Positions 39,132 through 49,017 are shown, counted from the stretch's first letter. The stretch is 64,000 nt of DNA from Aulosira sp. ZfuVER01 (GCA_034530615.2 JAVRCV020000052.1:160001-224000), one strand, 5' to 3'. Numbers and translations: made by a program. The notes: generated from the sequence alone by a model not told the origin.

Positions 39132-39311
39132 GCTCCCGGACAAATCCGGCGCTTTCAAGACCCAATGGCTAAACCCTGGCAGCGAATTCACTTTGCAGGC
39201 GAACATACTGTGATCGCATCTGGGGGGACGGAATCGGCGCTGGAATCAGCAGAGCGAGTCAGCAGCAAGATTTTGAATCGCGTATTACTCCGCTCGGATC
39301 GTAGTTTGTAG
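39132..39311 (+). pseudogene. 3' fragment of a flavin monoamine/L-amino acid oxidase
   Basis: Translates APGQIRRFQDPMAKPWQRIHFAGEHTVIASGGTESALESAER...; no N-terminal part. Confidence 0.75.
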
Positions 39312-39380
39312 GGTGGGCAATACCTACCTATATGTATCTACAAAGTTTTCAATTGTCTAAATTTATTTAGACGAGTTGAT

Positions 39381-40592
39381 TTAAGCTGATTTTTTTATTC
39401 TGATAACATTTGGTGTTACTGCTTGATGTTTGGCTGCTTCTACTTCATAACAGTTGAGAATAAGTGATGCAAGCTTATCGATATCACTTACAGAAGAAAT
39501 AAATACTTTTGATGCGGCATCTCCTAATGAAGCAGTTACTTCCTGAACTTCAAAATTTGGTGCAAGAGACTTAACGTCATTTAAATTCAGCCGAGTAATA
39601 ATACTTTTTTTCTGCGAAGACAGATACAGCCGAAGAAACCACCAGGTAGTTTTACCAAGATGTATTCCAAAGTATGAGGTAGTATCTTTGTATTGAATTT
39701 CAAAATTATAAGTTTTTGAGGTTTGTGTAATCGCTTTAATTTTTTCAAAAGCTGCGATTTCTTCAGCGGTTGTTACTATTCTTGATTCTTGATTTTCTGG
39801 TTGTTTCTCGTATTCTTCAATTTCGGATTCTACTTCTATTTCTTCTGGCTGAGACATTTCTCGGCTCAGTGAGCTTGTCATTAATGATAATAGACTGCCT
39901 TGGATAGACTTTTTAACGATAGGTTTAAATTTTTCAATAACCCTGGTATTAATATTACCTTCAAATTTATATCTTGGTGCAGAGTCACGAAGTTCTGACA
40001 CTAAAAAACGAATAAATTCTTCAGAAGGAGAACGTAAAAGATTATCTACAAGCTGGGTCATGCCTTTTACATAAACCATTTCTCCTGCATGGCTAGCAAT
40101 AGCTGCAACATCAAAATTATCACGATGGAAAAATTTGAGGTTGTCAATATCTTTTGAGTCATATTCAAGTATGTTAAAGGTGAAAAATGGCTCTTTATCC
40201 ATAATATTTTTGTCACGCAAATCAGTAAAAAAACGATATTCTATACCGTTAGTGACAATAGCTACTTTTGTTGTTACAAGTGCATTAAAATACTTGCTCA
40301 GTTGCCCATCATGCGTTTCAGCTTTTTGTCCACGGGCTTTTGCTTCTACGAGCATAACTGTATTATCGTTAATCGCTAAAGCATAATCTACCTTTTCAAA
40401 CTGCCCTGCTCTTCTAGTAGCAAAATCAGCTACGTATTCCGGCATTACTTCGCTCGGATCGTAGACATCATAACCAAGAGCACTTAAGAAAGGGACAATC
40501 AGTGCCATCTTGGTAACTTCTTCACCAACAACCTGATCGGCTCGCTTACGCACTTGTTCAGATAGCCTGGAAATATCTTCAGTGAATCCCAT
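39381..40592 (-). CDS. Stand-alone HsdR N-terminal-like restriction endonuclease domain protein
   Basis: EEVTKMALIVPFL.ALGYD, EVMPEY, KVDYA, VEAK, QLSKYF, TNGIEYRFFTD; no helicase motifs. Confidence 0.8.
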   Translation of the reverse strand: MGFTEDISRLSEQVRKRADQVVGEEVTKMALIVPFLSALGYDVYDPSEVMPEYVADFATRRAGQFEKVDYALAINDNTVMLVEAKARGQKAETHDGQLSKYFNALVTTKVAIVTNGIEYRFFTDLRDKNIMDKEPFFTFNILEYDSKDIDNLKFFHRDNFDVAAIASHAGEMVYVKGMTQLVDNLLRSPSEEFIRFLVSELRDSAPRYKFEGNINTRVIEKFKPIVKKSIQGSLLSLMTSSLSREMSQPEEIEVESEIEEYEKQPENQESRIVTTAEEIAAFEKIKAITQTSKTYNFEIQYKDTTSYFGIHLGKTTWWFLRLYLSSQKKSIITRLNLNDVKSLAPNFEVQEVTASLGDAASKVFISSVSDIDKLASLILNCYEVEAAKHQAVTPNVIRIKKSA

Positions 40593-40722
40593 TTTGCTTG
40601 CTCCTGGTAGTTAAGTAGTTATTAATGCAATATTTTTCGCAAAACAGAAGTGATTGTAATATGATGTATTACAGTTAATTTCAAAGTTTTAATGCGATCA
40701 CCTTCTTCGTCACCCCTATAAA

Positions 40723-40731
40723 AGTATTCCC
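40723..40731 (-). promoter_or_regulatory. SigJ-type (J-box) promoter element
   Basis: GGGAATACT on the minus strand about 130 nt upstream of ATG 40592. Confidence 0.5.
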
Positions 40732-40888
40732 GAATCACTACCAGGCTGTAACATTAATGACTTATCTACGGATGCGATCGCATCTGTCACATTCAAAAAA
40801 ATAGTAGTATTACTTGCTCATGGGGAGCAAAATACTGAAAATCAGCGTCAAATAGTGAAATTGTTGCAAATGATTTAGATATTTACAG

Positions 40889-42289
40889 ATGCATAAGGGT
40901 TTTTCGAGGCAGCTGCCACTTCTATTAACATTCTGCTTATTTACTGGCTTTTTACCCGCCTCTGGATCGGTTCTGTGTTCTGCATTTGCCCATGAAGAAT
41001 ATGGTAGAACAGCGAGAGATTATGGCACAGATGGCAGTAAAGGCACTGATGGACGGTCTGGTAGAAGTGGTCGCAACGCTGAAAACCAAACGATTTTTGT
41101 TGATGGTTCGCCTGTAAATCTCGAGCTGTCAGGTCAAGATGGTGAGGATGGTGAAGATGGGCAACGTGGTTATCGGCCTGACTGCGGTTATCAACCAGAT
41201 AATGTGAGTCACGATATCCACGCACCAGACGGCGGTGCTGGTGGTGATGGCGGTAAAGGGGGAGATGGAGGAAATGGTGGTTCCCTCACCGTCTATTACA
41301 GTAACTTGGCAGACTTACGGAAAATTGCAGTTCGTGCAACCGGAGGCGAAGGCGGACGCGGTGGACGTGGTGCTAACGGCGGAGTTGGTTGTAATTGTCG
41401 CAGACGCAGATGGGAAGTAAAAACTTGTACAGGAACTCCTGGTAGCCCAGATTATAAATGTACAGAAAAGACTTATCGATGCCATGACGGCAGTGATGGG
41501 CGATATGGCAGTGATGGTAGCAATGGTAGCCGAGGTCGCTTAGGAACTTTAAGTATTGTTCAAGCTAAAGAATCCTTAGCAGGCGATTTGCCAACTTTAC
41601 AAGCAGCAATTTCGGAATTTACAGGTAAGCAATTTAACCTCTCAAAAAACAAGTGGAATGTCCGCACAGGTGCAACTTCTTTACTTGCTCCTGGTTCTGC
41701 GATCGCAGATGAATACCGAGAGTTTGAGCAACGATTAGAAGGAACTTTTCAGTTGATTTGGCAAGAGAGGCAACCTATAACCAGCTTTGGCAATCAAGTC
41801 GCAAAGCTGAATTTGAATGACAACAAACAAGTCGAGATCGCTTTTCCTGAAGATTTATGGATTGAGGGTAGCAGCAAAACTGAGGCTAATTTGACAACCT
41901 TTACTGTTAACAATGCCATTTCTCAAAAAGATGTGACACGATTAGCGGTGGCAGAATTTGCTGGTGCAGAACAAAATCTCAACTTAAAAATAGTAGATTT
42001 GGCAGCAAAATCTCATGCCCTTCAGACTCAGTTTCGTGTTAAATTCCGGGCACAGGATAATTCTTCCGGCTTATCTGATTATCGGACTGTATATGAAGGT
42101 GACATCCCGGCTGAACTCGTGAACCGCGATTATAACCGTTTTATTCTCGCTTTAGGCAAGCTGCCAATTCCCGCCAGCGCCCTCGATCCAGGTGTCAAAG
42201 TTGATATAGAAGTGGTAGCAACTCGCTCATTAGGAGGACGTTCGGCAAAGCAAAGCATTAACTGGCAAGGTCAGATTCGGAGGAGGTGA
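40889..42289 (+). CDS. Exported collagen-like (G-X-X rich) protein
   Basis: Signal-peptide-like N-terminus; several GxxGxxG tracts; Cys-rich segment; beta-rich C-terminal part. Confidence 0.75.
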   Translation: MHKGFSRQLPLLLTFCLFTGFLPASGSVLCSAFAHEEYGRTARDYGTDGSKGTDGRSGRSGRNAENQTIFVDGSPVNLELSGQDGEDGEDGQRGYRPDCGYQPDNVSHDIHAPDGGAGGDGGKGGDGGNGGSLTVYYSNLADLRKIAVRATGGEGGRGGRGANGGVGCNCRRRRWEVKTCTGTPGSPDYKCTEKTYRCHDGSDGRYGSDGSNGSRGRLGTLSIVQAKESLAGDLPTLQAAISEFTGKQFNLSKNKWNVRTGATSLLAPGSAIADEYREFEQRLEGTFQLIWQERQPITSFGNQVAKLNLNDNKQVEIAFPEDLWIEGSSKTEANLTTFTVNNAISQKDVTRLAVAEFAGAEQNLNLKIVDLAAKSHALQTQFRVKFRAQDNSSGLSDYRTVYEGDIPAELVNRDYNRFILALGKLPIPASALDPGVKVDIEVVATRSLGGRSAKQSINWQGQIRRR

Positions 42290-42383
42290 GGGGGATGAGG
42301 CAGGGGGACAAGGGGGACAAGGGAGAAATAACTAATTACTCTTGCCTATTGCCTTTTGACCCTTGACTCTTGACTCTTGACCA
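42290..42383. repeat. STRR-type mixed tandem repeats
   Basis: (gggggacaa)n then (cttgact)n. Confidence 0.8.
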
Positions 42384-42476
42384 ATAACACTTATTTGAAT
42401 CTTTTATAGATATAGGTCAGAAAGATTACCAAATCTCAAATATGATTTTATTTATTAATAATTTATTTAGATTTAT

Positions 42477-45119
42477 ATGTCGCTTCCTGTTCTGACTCAG
42501 CGATTTCGCAGTCTGTGGCAGCCAAGAAAAGGTTTAGCGATCGCAGAAGCTTCTGTTATCGGTCTGGTTGCGGCTCTATCAGCGGTGTTGCTCAAAGTTG
42601 GATCGGGATGGTTGGGGACATGGCGAGTTCATAGTTCCCACCTTTTACCAGCATGGCTGGCTTTACCTTTGGTGGGGATGGGTTTTGGATTTCTCGCAGG
42701 CTGGTTGGTGCAACGGTTTGCTCCAGAGGCATCAGGTAGCGGTATCCCTCAAGTTAAAGCTACGTTGGCTAATGTGCCGATGACTCTATCTTGGCGTGTA
42801 GCAGCGGTCAAGTTAATCAGCGCCATTATCGCTTTGGGTTCAGGTATAACTCTGGGGCGACAAGGCCCCACTGTTCAAGTAGGGGCTGGTTTGGCAGCAG
42901 GCATGAGTCGTTGGGTTCCTACTTCCCCAGATCACAGGCGGCAGATGATTGCGGCGGGTGCGGGTGCGGGTTTGGCAGCTGCTTTTAATGCCCCGATCGC
43001 AGGCGTACTGTTTATCATCGAAGAGTTACTCCATGACTTATCAGGAATAACTTTAGGAACTGCAATTATCGCCTCATTTATTGGTGGGGTGATATCGCGG
43101 CTATTGGGTGGTGGTAGCCTTGACCTGAATTTGCCTTCAACCGAATCCCTCAGTCAATTTTCGATCCCAGAAATTCCTTTTTTCTTACTGTTGGGTATCT
43201 TAGCTGGGTTGTTGGGTGCTTTATTTAATCAGGGTTTAGTTTTTAGTATAAAAATTTATCGGAGATTGCACGTCAGTTTACCACTAAGAGTAGCTTTAGC
43301 TGGTTTTGTTTCTGGTTGTGTTGTAGCATTACTCCCACCTTCTTTTCGTGATAATACAGGCTTGCGAGAATATTTAATTACTGGTGATTCTAATGCTTTA
43401 TTAGCAGCGATCGCTTTTGTCGCTCAGTTTCTGCTCACTTTGGTAGCGTTTGGTTCTGGCGCACCTGGAGGTTTATTTGCTCCCAGCCTGATTTTGGGTA
43501 CTTGTTTAGGACACATTATTGGTGTGTTTGAGTCCCAACTTTTGGGTGGAGGTTCCCCCGCTACCTACGCTTTAGCTGGAATGGGGGGATTTTTTAGCGC
43601 CGTTTCTAAAGTACCAATCACAGCGATTGTGATTGTGTTTGAGATGACTACAGATTTTAATCTGGTGCTACCTTTGATGATTGTGTCTGTGACTTCTTAC
43701 TTAGTTGCAGATAAGGTAGTGCCTGGTTCGCTTTATGAAAAACTTTTACAGTTAAACGGTATTACTTTAGCTAAAAACCTTCCTGTAGAAGGGATACTCA
43801 CAACTTTATCTGCTAAAGATGTTATGCAACAACGAGTGGAAACTCTCGATGTTGAGATGACTATTGATGAAGCTATCCAAGCATTTTCTCGTTCGCATCA
43901 TCGGGGTTTTCCCGTAGTAGAGGAAGGTAAACTAGTTGGAATTGTGACGCAAACCGATTTACTTAAAATCCGCGATCGCCAATCCCAAAGCGAGACTGCC
44001 ATCAAAGAAATCATGACCTCCAGCCCGATTTCAGTCACACCAACACACAATTTGCGGAATGTGCTGTATTTGCTAGATCGGTATCAAATCAGCCGCTTAC
44101 CAGTGGTGGAAGGACGAAAACTGATCGGCATTATTACCCGTGCAGATATTATCCGTGCCGAAGCCGATCATCTCAATTGTGAGAACGCCACTACAGGGCC
44201 GCAACCGGAACCATCTTATGTAGTGTACCAAACACGAGCACCGAACATCGGCAGAGGTAGATTGCTGGTGACAGTCGCTAATCCGGAGACAGCAGGGACT
44301 TTATTACAAATGGCCGCAGCCATTGCCCGCGATCGCCACTATGAAATTGAGTGCGTCCAAGTTATTTTAGTATCACGTCACAGTTCCCCCACCGAAACCC
44401 AAGTCAGGACAGCAAAAAGTCGTCGCTTATTACGACAAGCGGAAGTTTTAGCGAAAAAGTGGGACATTCCCCTGCATACACAGATTCGTGTAGCCCATGA
44501 TGTCGCCCAAGCAATTTTAGAGGCAATCAACGAACGTCACATCGATTTGATATTAATGGGCTGGAAAGGTAACACTTCCACCCCAGGTAGGATTTTTGGC
44601 ACAGTTGTCGATACCATCATTCGCCAAGCAACCTGCGATGTAGTGTTAGTGAAATTGGGTAATAGTCAAGAGTCAACTGTCAAGAGTCAACTGTCAACCC
44701 TCAACACTCAGCATACTTTCAATCGCTGGCTAGTACCTATGGCGGGTGGGCCTAATGCAAGGATGGCGATTAAATTACTTCCCGCTTTAGTGACATTAGG
44801 AAAAGACCCGCAAATCCGCCTGACACGGGTGTTTAAGCCATCGGAGTTAGCACCAGACATGACAGTTTTAGAACAAGCTATCCGCCACCTGATCCGCCGT
44901 CGCAAATTGTCTAGTACTGTATTTGCGTCTCCAGTCAAAGCTGATTCAGTGTCCCAAGGTGTGATTAACCTTGTAAAAAGCGAAGGTTACGATGTCGTAG
45001 TTTTGGGTGCATCCCGTGAGGGATTATTACAACAGGCAATTCAAGGTAATATTCCCGAAGCGATCGCCTCTGGTGTTGAAAGTACAGTAATTCTAGTTAG
45101 GGGTGCGATTAACAATTAA
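42477..45119 (+). CDS. ClC transporter fused to a CBS pair and USP domains
   Basis: GSGIP, GRQGP, AFNAPIAG, GGLFAP, CBS (GFPVV, RLPVV), USP (ILMGW, VVLGASREG). Confidence 0.92.
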   Translation: MSLPVLTQRFRSLWQPRKGLAIAEASVIGLVAALSAVLLKVGSGWLGTWRVHSSHLLPAWLALPLVGMGFGFLAGWLVQRFAPEASGSGIPQVKATLANVPMTLSWRVAAVKLISAIIALGSGITLGRQGPTVQVGAGLAAGMSRWVPTSPDHRRQMIAAGAGAGLAAAFNAPIAGVLFIIEELLHDLSGITLGTAIIASFIGGVISRLLGGGSLDLNLPSTESLSQFSIPEIPFFLLLGILAGLLGALFNQGLVFSIKIYRRLHVSLPLRVALAGFVSGCVVALLPPSFRDNTGLREYLITGDSNALLAAIAFVAQFLLTLVAFGSGAPGGLFAPSLILGTCLGHIIGVFESQLLGGGSPATYALAGMGGFFSAVSKVPITAIVIVFEMTTDFNLVLPLMIVSVTSYLVADKVVPGSLYEKLLQLNGITLAKNLPVEGILTTLSAKDVMQQRVETLDVEMTIDEAIQAFSRSHHRGFPVVEEGKLVGIVTQTDLLKIRDRQSQSETAIKEIMTSSPISVTPTHNLRNVLYLLDRYQISRLPVVEGRKLIGIITRADIIRAEADHLNCENATTGPQPEPSYVVYQTRAPNIGRGRLLVTVANPETAGTLLQMAAAIARDRHYEIECVQVILVSRHSSPTETQVRTAKSRRLLRQAEVLAKKWDIPLHTQIRVAHDVAQAILEAINERHIDLILMGWKGNTSTPGRIFGTVVDTIIRQATCDVVLVKLGNSQESTVKSQLSTLNTQHTFNRWLVPMAGGPNARMAIKLLPALVTLGKDPQIRLTRVFKPSELAPDMTVLEQAIRHLIRRRKLSSTVFASPVKADSVSQGVINLVKSEGYDVVVLGASREGLLQQAIQGNIPEAIASGVESTVILVRGAINN

Positions 45120-48100
45120 ACGTAATTTTAAATTCAGTTCCTTGCTGGCAATTCATCTCCAACTTGCCATTAATTTGCTTAACTAATCCTTGAACCAAGA
45201 TCAGCCCCAAAGTTTTAGCTTTGTGAATATCAAAATCTTGCGCCAGACCGATGCCATTATCTTGCACAATCAAAGTGAACGTGCGTTGATTGAGTTCCGC
45301 AAGAGGTTGGCTAGATTGAGAAAACATGACCTGAATTTCACCAGCGCCATCGCCTAGAAAAGCATATTTTAAGGCATTAGAAACGAGTTCGTTGATGATT
45401 AAGCCACAGGGAATAGCTTTTTCAATATCTAAATTCACATTTTCAACCTGAATGCTGAGTTTAATTTGCTGGGCGCTAATTTTGTAAGAGTCAAATAGAT
45501 AAACTGTTAAGTCTTGAATGTACTGAGCAAAATCAATATTGGCAAAGTCTTGAGAACGGTATAGTTTTTCATGTACTAAGGCAATGGAAGCAATGCGATT
45601 TTGACTATCGCGCAGGATGGTATTTGCTTGTGGATCGTGGATACGTCTGGATTGCATCTGTAGCAAGCCGCTGACAATGCCTAAATTATTCTTTACACGA
45701 TGATGAATTTCTTGGAGTAACACCTCTTTTTCTTTTAGAGATGATTCGATGCGTGCTTGGGATTGTTTGCGTTCAGTAATATCCTCAATGATGTATGAAA
45801 ATCTGGGGCATCCACTGGGGCTATTTTCAATCAGGCAAACACTTGCAGACAGCCACCGTTGTCTATTAGGTCTCTCATGCAGATATTCAAACCGGACTGG
45901 GGCCTGAGTCTGCTCTGCTTGACGGTAGTAACTCAGCCATTTTTGGATAGTAGCTTCGGGCACTCCTAAATCCCTAGCAAATCGATTCTGCATGGCTTCT
46001 GGAGTTGTGTCAAAAAATTCAGCTGCTGCTAGGTTATTGGCAATATTGAGAATGTCGTTGTCATGTATTTCAACAATCCCCATCAGCATTGCGCCACTGT
46101 TAAAGAAGCTGCTGAGGGTTGATTCACTCTGTTGTAAATCGGCGTTAATCTGAAGTAGCTCGGCGGTGCGTTCTTCGACCCGAATTTCTAGCTCTTCTTT
46201 GGATTTTCTCAGTGCAGCCTCAGCTTGTTTGCGCTCTGTAATATCGCGGAAGAAGATTCCTAATCCTTCAGTTGATGGGTAGGCATGAATTTCCAGCCAC
46301 AGATCATAATCAGGCGGAACATAGTAGTAATGCTCAAAGTGAACAGGAACCTGGTGTGTCATTGCATATCGATACTGATATTCCAAGTTACTGCCAACTG
46401 AAGCAGGCCATTCTTCCCAATGGGTTTTTCCCAGCACCTCGCTGCGGGGCTTATTATTGTTAACTCTTTCTCCTGCGGCATTTTGGTAGATAATCCGCCA
46501 GTCTTTATCGAGTGCCACAAAGGCATCCGTCATACTTTCTAAAATGTGGGATAGTCGAGCCGCAGTTGCTTCAGCCTCCTGTTGGGCTTTTTCGGCACTG
46601 AGGCGTAGTGCCTGTTCCCTCAGGGCGGTTTCTTTGCGGATCTGCGCCATCTTTAAATTGGCTTCTACACGTGCCAACAATTCGCGGGTGGAGAAGGGTT
46701 TAGTCAGATAATCATCTGCTCCTGCTTGCAGTCCTTCAATGCGTGACTCTTCACCAGCACGGGCAGAAAGAAGTACAATCGGTAATTCTCGCGTCATTGG
46801 GTCTGCACGCAGTTCCCGTAGTAGCGCAAAACCATCCAACCGGGGCATCATCACGTCTGTTAAAACCAGATCGGGAAGGCGTTGATGAATGGCATTCAGC
46901 GCCGCCATGCCGTCTTCTACTGCTTCTACTTCATATCTTTGCCCTAGCAGTCGCTTAACGTAGTCCCGCATATCGGCATTGTCATCAACAATGAGGATAT
47001 GGGCAGAGGACGGAAGGGGTAAGGGGGACAAGGGAGACAAGGGGAGCCACTGCGTTGCGCGGGTTTCCCGCGTTGTAGCAAGTGGCGTGGACAGGGGGGA
47101 CAGGGGGGACAAGGAAGAATTTTCTTCTGCTTGTTTTGGTAGCCACCGCCAAGCTTCTTCAACGTAGGGAGTGGCTCCCATCGCTGTTGATGTCAGGATG
47201 CGAGATGCACCAATTCGTTCCTTTGGCAGATGGGCAAATCCTGTGGGAATGGAGACGGTAAAACAACTGCCCTGTCCTAATTGACTGGTAACATCGACGC
47301 TGCCACCATGCAGTTTGACTAATTCCTGTACTAGCGACAAGCCAATGCCTGAGCCTTCAAAACTACGTCCCTGCGCACCTTTAATTCTGTGGAAGCGTTC
47401 AAATAAATGGGAAATTTCCTCAGGGGGAATGCCAATACCCGTATCTGCAATTGCTAACTCAACGCGATCGCCTAAACTCTGCAAGCTAACGCTAATTGTG
47501 CCAGTAAATGTAAACTTAAATGCGTTCGATAACAGATTCAGCACAATTTTTTCCCACATTTCTCGATCGATGTAAATCTCTACAGGCAAAGGGGGACACT
47601 CTACGATTAAAGACATACCAGCGCGTTCAATCAGCGACCGAAATGTACTGGCAATCTCTGCTGTAAATGTTGCTAAATCCGTCGGCTCATATACTGCTTG
47701 AATTCTTCCTGCTTCAATCCGTGAGAAATCGAGGAGTGTATTCACGAGTTTGAGCAAACGCAGGCTATTGCGTTGTACGATTTCCAGGCGATCTCGTTGT
47801 GTAGGTGGTAAAGGGTTTGCGGTATCGACTAAAGCATCCTCTACAGGAGCCAGCATCAGGGTCAGCGGTGTGCGAAACTCATGAGAAACATTGCTAAAAA
47901 AGATGGTTTTGGCCCGATCTATCTCTGCGAGGGCTTCTGCGCGTTGCCGTTCAGTTTCATAGGCACGAGCATCTGCGATCGCAGTGGTAATCTGTCCGGC
48001 TACTAAATCCCAGAAGCCTTGATAATCATCGTCAAACTGGCGGCGGGAACTGATCCCAACAATTAAAAATCCACTGAGTCGCAACTGTCCCGGTGTGGTT

Positions 48101-49017
48101 AGGGGTAAGACAAAAGCGCAGTTTGGTGATTCTGGCCAAGCACCTCCAGGCAAATCTCCAAATTTTGATTGTACATCGTGGACTAACTGACTTTTACCAT
48201 CGGCAAAGACGGTAGAAAGTGACCAGCGATCGCATATTTCCGATCCCATCTCAATTTCTGGGGGGCTGGCTGGAGTTCCTGGAGCTAATCTAGTTGTACC
48301 TACCAGTCGTGCTCGCGATCCGCTATCATCCAGCAAATACAGCAGAGCAAAGGGTACATCATAGGGGTTATTGGCTAAGATCTCGGCAGAAATTTCACAA
48401 GCATTTTCGACGGTTTTAGCCTCGGCGGTATTAGCGGCTAGTTCTCGTAAACTATGTAGACGGCGATCGCCTATTACCCGCTTTGTTTCCTCAGTTACAG
48501 CACAAAATATACCACCCCTTTGGCCATCATCGTCCGGCACTGGACTGTAAGAGAAGGTAAAGTAGGTTTCCTCTGGGTAGCCATTGCGCTCCATAATCAG
48601 GAGCAAGTCTTCATTCCAAGAGGACTTGCCTGCATTTAAAACTGCCTCAGCTTGCGATCCCACTACATCCCACACATCTGCCCATACTTCAGAAGCAGGC
48701 TGACCCAAAGCTGCGGGGTGACGCTGACCAAGCATGGGGGCGTAACCATCATTGTAAAAGTTGGTCATCTGCTGTCCCCACCAGATAAACATGGGGTAAC
48801 GGGAACCCAAGATAATCCGAACAGCAGTTTTTAAGCTTTGCGGCCATTGCTCCACAAGCCCTAAGGGCGTTTGCGACCAGTCGTGCGATCGCATTAAGCT
48901 ACACATTTCGCCATCACCAGCAAATAAGCTTTGCAGCAGGTCAGATCTAATTAGTTCCGCACGATCCGCCGATGTTTGACATGGTTTCTCCACTTGCTTC
49001 TCCGCCCTTTTCGGCAA
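45109..49017 (-). CDS. Multisensor hybrid kinase with two transmitter modules (PAS-GAF-HisKA-HATPase-REC-PAS-PAS-HisKA_2-HATPase)
   Basis: HDWSQTPLG, FSNVSHEFRTPLT, DDNADMR REC, EIHHRVKNNL HisKA_2; start uncertain. Confidence 0.88.
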   Translation of the reverse strand: MPKRAEKQVEKPCQTSADRAELIRSDLLQSLFAGDGEMCSLMRSHDWSQTPLGLVEQWPQSLKTAVRIILGSRYPMFIWWGQQMTNFYNDGYAPMLGQRHPAALGQPASEVWADVWDVVGSQAEAVLNAGKSSWNEDLLLIMERNGYPEETYFTFSYSPVPDDDGQRGGIFCAVTEETKRVIGDRRLHSLRELAANTAEAKTVENACEISAEILANNPYDVPFALLYLLDDSGSRARLVGTTRLAPGTPASPPEIEMGSEICDRWSLSTVFADGKSQLVHDVQSKFGDLPGGAWPESPNCAFVLPLTTPGQLRLSGFLIVGISSRRQFDDDYQGFWDLVAGQITTAIADARAYETERQRAEALAEIDRAKTIFFSNVSHEFRTPLTLMLAPVEDALVDTANPLPPTQRDRLEIVQRNSLRLLKLVNTLLDFSRIEAGRIQAVYEPTDLATFTAEIASTFRSLIERAGMSLIVECPPLPVEIYIDREMWEKIVLNLLSNAFKFTFTGTISVSLQSLGDRVELAIADTGIGIPPEEISHLFERFHRIKGAQGRSFEGSGIGLSLVQELVKLHGGSVDVTSQLGQGSCFTVSIPTGFAHLPKERIGASRILTSTAMGATPYVEEAWRWLPKQAEENSSLSPLSPLSTPLATTRETRATQWLPLSPLSPLPLPSSAHILIVDDNADMRDYVKRLLGQRYEVEAVEDGMAALNAIHQRLPDLVLTDVMMPRLDGFALLRELRADPMTRELPIVLLSARAGEESRIEGLQAGADDYLTKPFSTRELLARVEANLKMAQIRKETALREQALRLSAEKAQQEAEATAARLSHILESMTDAFVALDKDWRIIYQNAAGERVNNNKPRSEVLGKTHWEEWPASVGSNLEYQYRYAMTHQVPVHFEHYYYVPPDYDLWLEIHAYPSTEGLGIFFRDITERKQAEAALRKSKEELEIRVEERTAELLQINADLQQSESTLSSFFNSGAMLMGIVEIHDNDILNIANNLAAAEFFDTTPEAMQNRFARDLGVPEATIQKWLSYYRQAEQTQAPVRFEYLHERPNRQRWLSASVCLIENSPSGCPRFSYIIEDITERKQSQARIESSLKEKEVLLQEIHHRVKNNLGIVSGLLQMQSRRIHDPQANTILRDSQNRIASIALVHEKLYRSQDFANIDFAQYIQDLTVYLFDSYKISAQQIKLSIQVENVNLDIEKAIPCGLIINELVSNALKYAFLGDGAGEIQVMFSQSSQPLAELNQRTFTLIVQDNGIGLAQDFDIHKAKTLGLILVQGLVKQINGKLEMNCQQGTEFKITFNC
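47043..47088. repeat. 46-bp dispersed hairpin repeat inserted in frame in the kinase
   Basis: ggagccactgcgttg..cgggtttcccg....agcaagtggcgt; matches the reverse complement of 56015-56060. Confidence 0.85.

Noticed and set aside
41052..41075. GRSGRSGR in the collagen-like protein as a PatS/PatX-like motif
   Set aside because: Not RGSGR; explained by G-X-X periodicity
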